Of a DNA stretch of 64,000 nt, positions 19,194-29,250 are shown one piece after another; the stretch's first letter is position 1; every line of letters starts with the position of its first letter. The position numbers and the translations under genes were made by a program. Under the pieces are notes generated by a model. The model had not been told where the DNA came from. It did no database searches and saw only the letters and a program-made list of their open reading frames with translations. The stretch is from Thermoplasmatales archaeon SW_10_69_26 (lineage in GTDB: Archaea > Thermoplasmatota > SW-10-69-26): the NCBI GenBank assembly GCA_003009755.1, contig PXUB01000001.1, positions 85,854 to 149,853 on the forward strand. Direction: 5' to 3'.

Positions 19194-20066
19194 CTAGCGT
19201 CGGTCTCCACGGCCTCGTCCCGCGATCCACGCTGCGACCGGGAGCGCGATCGGCGCGACAGACGTGATGGGAACGCTCGCTAGGCCTCCTGCATCCCCGT
19301 TCCCGTCGTCGGCCTCCTCGACGCCGCCGCCGTGGTGGTCCCCCTCGGCCCCGTGGTCGTGATCGTGGCCGTCCCCGCCCGAGCTCGGGCTGGTTCCCCC
19401 CAGCGACAGCTCGGCGTCCTCGACCTGGGCGACGATCGCTTCCCGACCCTCCGGTGTGCCGAAGGCGTGTTCGCTCACCCGGATGGCCGCGTCTGCGGTG
19501 TCCGCCCGGGGCTGCACCGATAGCGTCGCCAGGTGCGTCCCGCCGAAGGCCTTCGTTCCGTTCGACGCGAGCGTGATCTCCCCCTCGTCCCGTTCGACGC
19601 TCGCGTTGGCCTCGGCCCACACCGTCTCGACGTCGGTCACGTTTACCTTGGTGGCGTTGAAGCGGAGGACGACACGGTAGCGATCGATGCCTTCGAGGCC
19701 CATGTTGGTCAACCCGACGGGCACCTCCTCGGTGCCTGCGCCATCCCACTCGGTGTCGCGCACGGTGAACCGGAGCCCGTATCCGATCTTCGCGCTCTTA
19801 TGCATCTCCGTCACCGCGTCCTCGATCGCGCCTCCGAGGTCGTCGGCGGTCCCGTTCTCGAGGGTTCGGAGGACGGTCGCGAAGGCGCGGTCGGTCGGGC
19901 GGGTTCCCCGGTCGCCGTGGCGCAGGAAGTTCACCCGGTGGTTCCGGTGGTGCTGTTCGGTGTCCTCGAGCAGCTTCTCGGACCTGTCGGGCTCGGTGTC
20001 CATCGTCCGCAGCGCGATGAACAGCGGGCTCTCGATCGAGGCGACGATCCCGCTCACAGCACTCAC
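19194..20066 (-). CDS. Putative cell-surface protein with His-rich linker and C-terminal anchor; 5' end uncertain
   Basis: GHDHDHGAEGDHH; hydrophobic plus basic C-terminus. Confidence 0.55.
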   Translation of the reverse strand: MSAVSGIVASIESPLFIALRTMDTEPDRSEKLLEDTEQHHRNHRVNFLRHGDRGTRPTDRAFATVLRTLENGTADDLGGAIEDAVTEMHKSAKIGYGLRFTVRDTEWDGAGTEEVPVGLTNMGLEGIDRYRVVLRFNATKVNVTDVETVWAEANASVERDEGEITLASNGTKAFGGTHLATLSVQPRADTADAAIRVSEHAFGTPEGREAIVAQVEDAELSLGGTSPSSGGDGHDHDHGAEGDHHGGGVEEADDGNGDAGGLASVPITSVAPIALPVAAWIAGRGRGDRR

Positions 20067-20234
20067 CGCCCAGCGACGCGGACGGATTCACGGCCTTCGT
20101 CACCCCTCCACAACGACGGCGGCGACCGCCAGCAGGCCGAGATCGACTGCCTCGGGTGCCTTTGAGCACTCGCGGGGCGACCAGCCCTCGAAGCCTAAAG
20201 ACCAAGGAGGCCCAGCCGAACCGGGAGGCCGAGC

Positions 20235-21716
20235 ATGGACGTCGAAGCCGCGCTGGCCGTGGCCTTGGCCCTGGCCGCGGTCCCCGCCCTCGCCCTCCCC
20301 GGCGGCGCTGCCGAGCAAGGGGTCGACGCGTCCGCGGACGTCCCACCCCAACCCCACGGGCCGATCCAGGGGGACGCCGAGTTCGAGCTCCCCACCGCCG
20401 TCAACGGGGTCCGCTCCGGCAGCGGGACCGCCGAGGATCCCTACGTGATCAGCGACTGGGTGATCGCGCCGTCGACGACGTTCGCGATCCGCATCTTCGA
20501 CACGGACGCGCACGTTCGCATCGACACGATCCTCGTCCGCGGACAGGGCTGCCCGACCGACTCCGGAGCCACGTGCGACCTGACGGGGCTGGACCTCCGG
20601 GGAGCCGACAACGTCACCGTCGAGGACGTGCGCGTGCTGGGGGCCGGGCGCGGCCTGCACGCGACCGACGTCGAGCACCTGACGATCCGACGCTCGGCCT
20701 TCGGTCTCGCGACGGAGACGCCGTTCGTCGTCACGAGCGAGGGCCTCGACATCCACTTCAGCCGGGACGTCGAGGTGGCGAACGTGACGAGCGTGGCGGT
20801 CTTCCCGCTCGTCCTCACGCGCTCCGAGAACGCCACGTTCCACGATGTGACGCTGCTCGGCGATCCCGCGGCGGCCGAGTCGCTGGCCACCACGTTCGAT
20901 CCCGCCGTCACCGGGGACGACGCCCGCAACGTGTCCTTCGTCCGGACGGACGTGGTCGACGTCAACGCGTTCCTCGGCGGCGAGCGGGGCGACACCGAGT
21001 TCGTCCACAGCCGCTTCCTCCGCGGAGCCGGCCACGGCTTCAGCGAGGGATCCAACGACGCTACCTTCGATTCCCTGTTCGTGTGCGGCTCGACGTTCCG
21101 CGACGTCCCCGACGAGGCGCTCGACGTCTCGGACGTCGAGAACCTGACGATCGAGGGCAACGTGTTCACGAACAACACCGACGCCGTCACCACGAGCCTC
21201 GCGGACGAGAACGTGACCGTCGTCAGGAACCGGGTGGAGAACCAGTCGAGCACCGGGTTGGCGATCGGCGGTCACGACATCACGGTCCACAACAACTCGC
21301 TCGCGAACAACGGGGGGCGTGGGTTCCTCGAAGGTCACGACCTCTCCCCGACCGACGCCGACAACCCCACGGACGCGCGGTTCAACTGGTGGGGCCACGA
21401 GGACGGCCCGAACGTGACCGTGTCCGGCAGCGACGAGATCCTCAACCCGAGCCCCGGCGACCAGCTCGTCGTCGACGCGGTGGACGAGGTCGACTGGAGC
21501 GACTGGCTGAGCCAGCCCCCCGAGGTGGGGCCCGACGCCGTCGACTGCGGCGTCCCCGCGGGCGAGCCCGGCGCCGATCGCGGACCCGACCTGGACGTCG
21601 CCTTCCAGGCGGAGCTCGCGATCGAGGTCACGGTCGACGAACAGCTCGGCCCCACGCACGTCCGAGCCGAAGCCGAGGCCGTCGGCGAGACGGCTCTCGA
21701 CGCCGACGCAGGCTAG
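20235..21716 (+). CDS. Secreted right-handed beta-helix (NosD-like) protein
   Basis: Signal peptide; GSGTAEDPYVI, beta-helix repeats, DARFNWWG. Confidence 0.85.
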   Translation: MDVEAALAVALALAAVPALALPGGAAEQGVDASADVPPQPHGPIQGDAEFELPTAVNGVRSGSGTAEDPYVISDWVIAPSTTFAIRIFDTDAHVRIDTILVRGQGCPTDSGATCDLTGLDLRGADNVTVEDVRVLGAGRGLHATDVEHLTIRRSAFGLATETPFVVTSEGLDIHFSRDVEVANVTSVAVFPLVLTRSENATFHDVTLLGDPAAAESLATTFDPAVTGDDARNVSFVRTDVVDVNAFLGGERGDTEFVHSRFLRGAGHGFSEGSNDATFDSLFVCGSTFRDVPDEALDVSDVENLTIEGNVFTNNTDAVTTSLADENVTVVRNRVENQSSTGLAIGGHDITVHNNSLANNGGRGFLEGHDLSPTDADNPTDARFNWWGHEDGPNVTVSGSDEILNPSPGDQLVVDAVDEVDWSDWLSQPPEVGPDAVDCGVPAGEPGADRGPDLDVAFQAELAIEVTVDEQLGPTHVRAEAEAVGETALDADAG

Positions 21717-21745
21717 GCCGCTCGCGGCGGGGGACCGGGCGAGCG

Positions 21746-21862
21746 CTGGGAACCTCGGGATGCAGAGGTCCGAGGCATCGATGCAGAACGAGGACCTCTG
21801 CCAACGACGGGAACACGAGGCCTGCAGATACCGTGGAAAGAGGCCGAGTGGTCCCGTCGGGA
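21746..21862. repeat. tRNA-Glu 3'-end-containing repeat unit (att-like left boundary)
   Basis: Near-identical to 28286-28402; core TGGTCCCGTCGGGA at 21849. Confidence 0.88.
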
Positions 21863-22141
21863 CTTAGACCCTCTCGAGGAAATCGGGGCGAGCCAGATTC
21901 TGAGGCTCGTGGCTCGGAATGCAGGGTTCTCGCTAGCGCCCTCGCGGGCGCCTCCCTCTTCTTTTTCTCTTTCACTCCCCAGCCGCGAGGCTCGCCAGCT
22001 GCGCGACCAGCTGATCGAGGCGGCCGAGGACCCGCACCTGGAGGCCCTCGACGTCGAACCGGGGTGGCTGATCGCGTTCGCCGCCCACCTGACGGCTCAC
22101 CTGGAGGGGTGGATATCACGGTGACTCCTCCTTCCGCGGGG

Positions 22142-22516
22142 TCACTCGAGCATCGCCGCGATGCGGTCCACGAACCCCCGAGCGTCCTCGAGGACGCCGC
22201 GGGCCTCGTCCTTCGAGATCCCCGGCTCGGGCTCGTAGTCGCTGACCTGACGCTTCTGCATCGTCGTCGACAGCAACCGGCCCATCTCGCCGGGCAGCGG
22301 TCCGTCCTGCACGAACCGCTTGCCGAACTCGGTGATGACCCCGCGATGGGTGGAGGCGTCGACGCCTTCCTCGAGGAGAGCCGCCTCGGCGACGAAGAAC
22401 ATCGCGTAGTAGGCACGCGAGACGCAGGACTCGGGGTCCCCGTTGTCCAAGAGCAAACCGGCGCTGTCCAGGTAACGACCCGCGCGATCGAGCAGGGCCT
22501 CGACCTCGCCGGTCAT
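22142..22516 (-). CDS. HEPN domain toxin
   Basis: SRAYYAMF, THRGV and RQVSDY motifs. Confidence 0.92.
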   Translation of the reverse strand: MTGEVEALLDRAGRYLDSAGLLLDNGDPESCVSRAYYAMFFVAEAALLEEGVDASTHRGVITEFGKRFVQDGPLPGEMGRLLSTTMQKRQVSDYEPEPGISKDEARGVLEDARGFVDRIAAMLE

Positions 22517-22833
22517 GCGGGCACGCCCTCGCGGCGGACGTTGCGAAGTAGGGGGCTGTTGCCTTGCTCGAAGTCCGGCTTGGCTACGGGGACGACGGAC
22601 AGGAGCACCTCGTGCTCCATGTCGATCTGCCAGGTGAGCTCGCCCATCCGGTCGATCTCCTCGAACCGGTCGACCGGGCCCTCGAGGACGACCATCAGGT
22701 CCACGTCCGAGGCGTCGGTCGCCTCGCCGCGGGCTTGCGAGCCGAAGAGGAGCACCTGGTGCAGGCGGTCGCCGTACAGCTCCTGGGCCCTCTGCTTGAA
22801 GGCCTCGACGGCCGATCGGGTCGCCTCGTCCAC
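22513..22833 (-). CDS. Minimal nucleotidyltransferase (MNT) antitoxin
   Basis: LFGSQARGEATDASDVDL; overlaps HEPN start. Confidence 0.92.
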   Translation of the reverse strand: MDEATRSAVEAFKQRAQELYGDRLHQVLLFGSQARGEATDASDVDLMVVLEGPVDRFEEIDRMGELTWQIDMEHEVLLSVVPVAKPDFEQGNSPLLRNVRREGVPA

Positions 22834-22896
22834 GGCAGGCCCTGGTAGGCGCTCTACGTCCTTTAGGTTCTCGCTTCCGGCCGCCCGCTGAGCACC

Positions 22897-22993
22897 GTCA
22901 ACCTCCAGTGAACACCATGTCAACCCGCCCGCGCCTCCTGGATCAGCCCCTTGCCGTTGACGAGGTTGACACCAACGTCGACCCGGCGTTGAC
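22897..22993. promoter_or_regulatory. Phased GTCAAC/GTTGAC site array (operator or origin)
   Basis: Hexamers at 22897, 22908, 22919 and 22956, 22965, 22977, 22988. Confidence 0.55.
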
Positions 22994-23014
22994 ATCGCCC
23001 CGGGAGGGAATCCT

Positions 23015-23830
23015 GTGAGCTCGGTTTCCGAGCTGACCGACGCCCAGCAGCGGGTCATCGAGCGCCTCTACGAGGGCAAGTACGCGGCCGCGATCGCCGA
23101 CGAGGTCAACGTCACCCGGCAGGCGGTCAGCAAGCACGTTCGCAAGCTCGAGGAGAAGGGGCTGATCACCGAGCACGCGGGCGAGACCGCCTTCTACCGC
23201 CGCTCGCTCGGACAGGGCACCTCGTTCAAGATCTACGGCCTCACCGACGCCGGCCTCCAGGCCCTCCGCGAGGCCCAGGGCCTGGGGCCAGGGGAGACGC
23301 CGCGGACGCCGTCAACGGGGTTGACGGAGCCTCCACCGGGGCAGTATGAGGACGTCAACGAGCCAGCCGTCCACAACGCGCCAGCCGAGCGTGGGCCGCG
23401 GGTCGAGGTGCACAACTATCGAAGTCAAGATCCCGATCGAGGACGACCAAGCCAAGCTCTGGCTACCCAACGAAGCCGAGCTCAACAACTGGACCCGCCG
23501 CTGGGACGAGAACGTCCACGGCGTCTTCCTCGAAGCCACCACCCGACACCTGCTGCGCGCCGGCGCCGAGGCCCGCTCGGTCGAGATCGCCGAGGGGCTG
23601 GTGCTCCGGAAGCTCGTCAAAGCGATCGAGCTGCTCGAGGACGCCTACGGGCTCGAGTTGGGCGCGCCCGAGTTCCGCTGCACCTACGAGCCCGGCAAGG
23701 GCAAGGTCGGTGTCACCGGCCACCCGCTGGCCGAAGGCCGCGGCCACGACGAAGGGGGGCTGGCGACGATCGACGACACGCCCGAGCCCGACACGATCCA
23801 CGCGACCGACGACCCGGCGGACGTCGACCA
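23015..23830 (+). pseudogene. wHTH-containing mobile-element protein, frameshifted (~23417) and 3'-truncated
   Basis: IADEVNVTRQAVSKHVRKLEEKGLI HTH; coding sense continues in another frame (VHN/IEVKIPI). Confidence 0.7.
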
Positions 23831-24060
23831 CGTCGTGGCAGTCAACATCGTCGGGCCCGTCCGCGCACCCCCACCAGTTGTGCCGCGCGTCGACGGTCGT
23901 GTCGGTGTTCTCGACCTCGAGCCCAATCCCGCCGGTGTCCTCGAAGTTCGTCTGCCGCACGGTCACGTTCTGGGTCAGCTCGACGTGCATGCCGGCGTCG
24001 GTGTAGTTGGTCACGTCGTTGTGCTGCCAGGTGGGGTCGTTGCGCTTGTAGCGTCCAAGC
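23830..24060 (-). pseudogene. Fragment of a NosD-like beta-helix gene
   Basis: VDARHNWWGCADGP resembles the motif in 20235-21716. Confidence 0.65.
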
Positions 24061-24182
24061 CGATGTCGGCGCTCAGGCCGACGGCAATATCCCTAAGCCG
24101 GTCTGTATCCCTGGGGGTCACGCCGAGCTCGGGTTCACCTGGACGGCTGGGTGACGGGGAGGTCTATCGCCTCCGCTCGCCG

Positions 24183-24737
24183 TCAGAGCCGGCTTCTCCC
24201 AAGAAGCGCCCCAACGAAGGCGACGATAAGGAGGAGAGACCCCGGTGCAGGCGATGCTTTCTCCCCCTCTGGGAACTCGCCACCGTCACCGATCGAACCT
24301 TTGTCGTTCTCTTCGTATGGGGGCGTACCCTCGCTGCGGTTGTACTGGGGGACAGTAAGGCTCCCCTCTTCGCCTCGATCCCGATGGTCTCCCTCGTCAC
24401 ACCAGAACACGTATTCCCCTGGCTGCTCGAGGTGAACCGTCATGGCTGCCTCCTCGCCCGGCGGGACGGCATCCCCATCCCCGCTCACGCAGTTGATTGT
24501 ACCGTTGATCTCCATGCAGAGGTCGTGACCGACGGAGCCCTGGTCGTTGTCTAGGAGGACCGTCACGTTCCCCTTACCCACCTTCTCGCCAGGAGGGTTG
24601 AAGCAGTAGGTGTCCCCATCCGGGCAGCCCTCCTCGCGAACCTCGAAGGCCTGTGTCTCCTCCGCCAGAAGTGACGGGGACGCGAGCGACGCCATCAGAA
24701 GGGCGGAGAGGATCACCCGCGTCGTGTCGCCAGCCAT
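24183..24737 (-). CDS. Cupredoxin/plastocyanin-like surface protein
   Basis: Signal peptide; GHDL, PGEYVFWCDEGDH; C-terminal TM anchor. Confidence 0.78.
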   Translation of the reverse strand: MAGDTTRVILSALLMASLASPSLLAEETQAFEVREEGCPDGDTYCFNPPGEKVGKGNVTVLLDNDQGSVGHDLCMEINGTINCVSGDGDAVPPGEEAAMTVHLEQPGEYVFWCDEGDHRDRGEEGSLTVPQYNRSEGTPPYEENDKGSIGDGGEFPEGEKASPAPGSLLLIVAFVGALLGRSRL

Positions 24738-24888
24738 GAGCAATGCTACCCGATGACGACGGAAAAGACGTGGGGAAGGATACGGCCTCTACCGACCAGA
24801 TTTGAATGTCCTCGAAGTTTCTCTACAATCGATTCTGGTATTCTGTACAAGGAAGGTCAAGGGTCCAGGCGCAATTTTTTCCCTCCTT

Positions 24889-26428
24889 ATGGAAAGGAAC
24901 AATCGAGCAGAGACCGTCCGAGGAACCGTAGGCCTGGCGTTTGTGATCCTGCTTGCAGGGGTCGGCCCCTCGGCGATCGCCACCGGGGCTGTCGACCAGA
25001 TCGATGAACGGTGCCCAGAGACCATCGGAGAAAGCGGTCCGGACCCAGTATCACGCTGCTCGGCCGAGGACAAGGTGATCTCCGACCGATGCATGCATAT
25101 CGCCATGGAGGGGGCACAGCTTGACGCAGCCGTTGACTGTGGCGGGTTCCCGCCGGGAGAAAGCGACCCCTGCGTCAGGGTAGAGGAGGGCCCGCCACCG
25201 AGCGTGGCCGTGAACACGGACCTCGGGGCCAACGGGACGGACGCCGCCAACGTCACCGACAACAGTTCAGTCCAAGCGGGGTCTGGAGGAGCCGGCGGAG
25301 ATGTTCTCCTGGATCTCGCGGATCCCCACGTCATCCTCATCACCGACACAGCCCAAGTGGCGACGGGGTCAGGCGGCGCCGGTGGCGATGTCAATGTGAC
25401 TCGCGAGAACCGTACCACGGATACGATCAACGGAACGGCAGGACCCGGTGGCGACGGAGGGAAATTGGGGATTCTCGCCGAGGCTAACATCAACGGGAAT
25501 CTCTCAGTCGGCGATGGGGGCGACGGAGGCTCGGCCTACGTGGAACACGTCGATGGTCCCTCCGTCAGTCACGGCGGAGACGGCGGTCGACCGGGTCTCC
25601 TAGGTCTCCCGACGGCCTACGACGCCGAGAGCCTCCACGAAGCTGGACAGCTGGAGGGAGCCAACTCTGGCGACGGCGGCGGAGCCTCCTCGACCTCCCT
25701 TTGTGCTCTCGAAACGAATGGTAGTCCTTACTGTGATGGCTCGGGCGATACGGATACCAGCACGGACAACGAGGATGGAAGAGACGGGGCGGACGCCAGT
25801 GGCCCCGGTAATGCCGGCGGCGACGGCGCAGCCGGCGCCGACGCCTACGCCGAGGGTGGTGACGGTGGCCCTAGATGCGTGCTCGTAGATCCCCCAGACC
25901 CCTACGAATGCGTTGCCATCACCGGTGGCAACGGCGGCAATGCCATCGCAGTTGCCGGGGAAGGAGGCCTCGGTGGAAACGGCGGCGACGGTGTGCACAA
26001 CTCCACCGAGAAAGCGATTCATGGCGGGGACGGTGGAGCAGGCGGTACGGGAGGGACGGCCGAGGCTTACGCCGGAAGCGCCGGATGCGCGACGGTCGGT
26101 GACCGTTGCGGACAGCCGGGCCATGCGAAGGCCCGGAGCGACGGTGGGGACGGAGGCATCCCCGGCGGCTCGGGGTGGACCGAAAACCTCTCCCAGACAA
26201 TCGAAGATAAATGCTCCTCAAACAGCCACGACCTCTGCTGGGAGCCCACACGTCCAAAGATGCCTGTGGACACGTCGGCATCGCTGCGAAGGGGGAAATC
26301 CAGGGACTATGATTGCCGAGAGCGATGATCCGGACAATGAACAGACGTATCCACGACCGGGGGACGATGGGAGCACTCCATCGTACGATACGGGTTGTGA
26401 CCACGACAGCCAACATAGCCATATCTGA
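24889..26428 (+). CDS. Secreted Gly/Cys-rich repeat protein; apparent frameshift(s) near 26240-26300
   Basis: Signal peptide; GGxGG repeats; main frame stops at 26328 and a plausible tail runs to 26428. Confidence 0.7.
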
Positions 26429-26443
26429 AGGAGTGCGACAGCC

Positions 26444-27136
26444 ATGAAACGGAACATCCCGAGAACTGCCATCGTCGGGCTAGGTTCCATTTTGATGCTG
26501 ACCTTCGCGGCCATACCATCTCTCGCGTCGGACGCTAATCCGCCGGACGTGGAGATCGAAGACCGCGTGACCTGGTTCCCTAATGCCCATCACCTTGGCT
26601 TCCAAGCCCACGCCGAGGCGTGCGACGAGCGTTCGACTGTACGTCTATCTTTGACAATCAAGGAGGTTGGGTCGGCGTCCGAAACCGGGAACTCCCCCTG
26701 TTTGGAGGTTTCCGAGACGTTCACCCTCCCCAGCCCGGGAGATCACAAGGCCAAGGCAGAAGCCCAGGATGATCACGGGAACGAGGCCCGAAATGAAGGA
26801 AAAGTGACCTCGAGGATTGTCCCCTTCGATACGGGGTCTGTGCCCGGTTACCCCCCGCTCGAGGAAATCCGAGAAACGGAGCTCGGTCCGCGTGTCACCA
26901 TCGAGACGCTGAACGACGCCGGGGGCACAGTGAAGCGCTACGAGGTCTCTTCGCAGGGGGCCGTCCTGATGAGCACCATGGCCGATGCCGTTCCCGAGGA
27001 CGGAGACTTCACGACTCGCGCCGTCCTTGACCGTCCTGTTGGATGGGCCGACGTCCACGTGGACGGTGACGTTACGTGGTCCGGTTTGATTTACCAGTCG
27101 TCGGAGGAATGGTGGCATTTCCGCGCTCTCAAGTAA
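26444..27136 (+). CDS. Secreted hypothetical protein (Ig-like)
   Basis: Signal peptide; GGAG RBS; follows the Gly-rich gene. Confidence 0.7.
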   Translation: MKRNIPRTAIVGLGSILMLTFAAIPSLASDANPPDVEIEDRVTWFPNAHHLGFQAHAEACDERSTVRLSLTIKEVGSASETGNSPCLEVSETFTLPSPGDHKAKAEAQDDHGNEARNEGKVTSRIVPFDTGSVPGYPPLEEIRETELGPRVTIETLNDAGGTVKRYEVSSQGAVLMSTMADAVPEDGDFTTRAVLDRPVGWADVHVDGDVTWSGLIYQSSEEWWHFRALK

Positions 27137-27854
27137 TCGTCTCGTGGTGACCGAGGCAGGGTCGACGGCGAAGCGGAGCAGGCTGCATCCGGCTTGAGCC
27201 CGGCGGCCATCTGCATCGACAGCAATGGCCCCGGCGTTCGCCGCTGGCCACCTCGCCGACGTAGCGCTCGACCGAGATCCCTCTCGTGATACGTCTCCGG
27301 GTAGCCCGGGATCCAGCCGTCGGTGACGAGCGCCTCCAGCCCCAACCGTGACGAGATCCCGCCTCCCACGGGGCGATCATCGTCTTCGACGAACCGACGA
27401 GCTCGCTGTCGGGGACCGATCGGGGTGGGCGTGCAGGTGGTAGGCCCGCCAGGCCGTCCGCGAGGCGTCGGCGAACACCGTCTCGCTGAGCGCCACGATG
27501 CCCTCCACGTCCCTGCGGACGGCGGTCCCGCCCCGTGGATGGACCATCGCGCCGGGCAATCCTGCGCGAGCGGGAGCGCCTTCCGCCGTGTGGCATCCAC
27601 GCCAGACGTTAAGACCATCTCTCCACAACGTTAGAGCCTCCGCGGGCTGACCAGCGATTACCCCGACGTGACCACCGGCGGTAGAGCTAGGGTTTTTCCT
27701 CGCGGCCACGCACCCACCGATAGAGGATCCACGCGGAGACTCCCAACAGCAGGGCCACGACGAGAGCGATGATCAGTGAGGCGATCTCCACCTGGCGGAG
27801 CCCGAACATGGTCAGATGTTTTAGAACTGCTTGTTGTATGTATTATTCTAATGG

Positions 27855-28170
27855 GTGCGGGACCAGGCATTCGCCTGGCTGCAGGCCAGATCCGTCGGCG
27901 ACCTGCTAACAACTCCGGAGACTTTTCTGTTTGAGGATGTCAAAGGGAGATGGGCTTACCCGCACATCCTCGACGAGGGCCGGGACCTAGAGTGCCATTA
28001 CGTGATCACGGACGAGCCCACCGAAGGCGGCGTCACGTGGAACGACCAACCCAGCGGCGACGACCTGAACCTGCAGGACACGACGGCCACGAGAACGTGA
28101 ACACCACCAAGAAAAACTACGAGAACGAAGCCCGGTACCCCCAGAACCTGTATGGAGACCGCTGGCTGTT
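27855..28170 (+). pseudogene. Frameshifted gene remnant, function uncertain
   Basis: Protein-like segments in two frames (WAYPHILDEG...; NTTKKNYENEARY). Confidence 0.35.
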
Positions 28171-28285
28171 GCGAGCGCTCGAGGACTCGCTGGCGGTCTC
28201 GAGGCTCGGACGGACCCTCGCTGGCGCTTCGGCTCCGTCGAGCTTCTCGACGGCTGCGCCGCCGTGGGGGATCAGCCGTCGAGAA

Positions 28286-28728
28286 GTGGTCCCGTCGGGA
28301 CGCAGAGATCCGAGGCATCGATGCAGAACGAGGACCTCTGCCGACGACGGGAGCACGAGGCCTGCAGATACCGTGGAAAGAGGCCGAGTGGTCCCCTCGG
28401 GATTCTCGTACGAACCTCGCTTCGCTCGGTTCGGACGGCTCGCAAGCCCTTCCCGCTTGCTCGTAACCTGTGGTTCAAATCCCTCGGTCCCACTTCCTCT
28501 GGATGGTGGGCGAGAAGCCGCCCGTCGGGATCTCAAGACGTGGCGGAGACCGGGCACGTCTTGAGAGACGACGGGACCACGAGCGAACGTGGCCACAGGA
28601 GAAGGTGAGCGAGTGGTCCCGTCGGGATGCAGAGGGCCGAGACGACGATGCAGAACGAGGACCTCTGCAAACGACGGAGACCCGAGGCCTGGAGATACCG
28701 GAGAAAGAGGCCGAGTGGTCCCGTCGGG
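28286..28728. repeat. Array of tRNA-Glu 3'-end palindromic repeats (102-bp units)
   Basis: Core copies at 28286, 28388, 28521 (partial), 28613, 28715; inverted copy at 28569-28580. Confidence 0.9.
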
Positions 28729-29221
28729 GACTATCCTCCATACCGGGAGGGGCTGGAGCCAAAACCGCCCCCGGTTTTGACGGTTTCCGGCTTGGACCCT
28801 GATACGTGGACGGCGAACCCGTCCGCGTCTCCCTCTTTCTCCATTTCAGACCCCCCACCTTCTCCGACCCCGACGACGAGCCGAGCGTGCCGCAGCGCCC
28901 TCCGAGGGGCGACCGGCGATCAGGTCGGGCGGCCCATCATGGTCCCGCCCGAGCGACAGCGAGGGCGGGGCCTTGATGAGCGCCGGCCGATGCTCCGCCA
29001 GCCCCGAGGGGAAGCGAAGGCACGCGAGGCAGGAGGAGCGGGGAGCGGCCCCGACGGCGAGCCGAGACGCCGTAGCGACCCTCCGAGGCTCGCCCGCCAA
29101 CCGTCAACCTCACCCGCCAACTTCCCCCACAAGCAGACTCGGGAACGGGCCGTCGAAGGCGGGTGCGGAGAAACCTGGAAACCAGCCACGCACTCTTGTC
29201 TAGTAGACGGAAGCGCACGCA

Positions 29222-29246
29222 CGGGCCGCCCCTATGGGGCGGCCCG
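29222..29246. other. Perfect hairpin, candidate double-strand origin
   Basis: CGGGCCGCCCC-TAT-GGGGCGGCCCG immediately before the Rep core. Confidence 0.5.
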
Positions 29247-29250
29247 CTCG

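Larger units (their letters stand above)
21849..28402. mobile_element. Decayed genomic island bounded by tRNA-Glu-derived direct repeats
   Basis: Flanking repeats, toxin-antitoxin pair, pseudogenes, lower-GC cargo, no integrase. Confidence 0.7.

Noticed and set aside
27130-27700. Gene(s) in the island
   Set aside because: Only short frame-switching fragments with no supportable product
28627-28715. ATG 28627 as the Rep start
   Set aside because: It lies in the host-side repeat unit outside the att core
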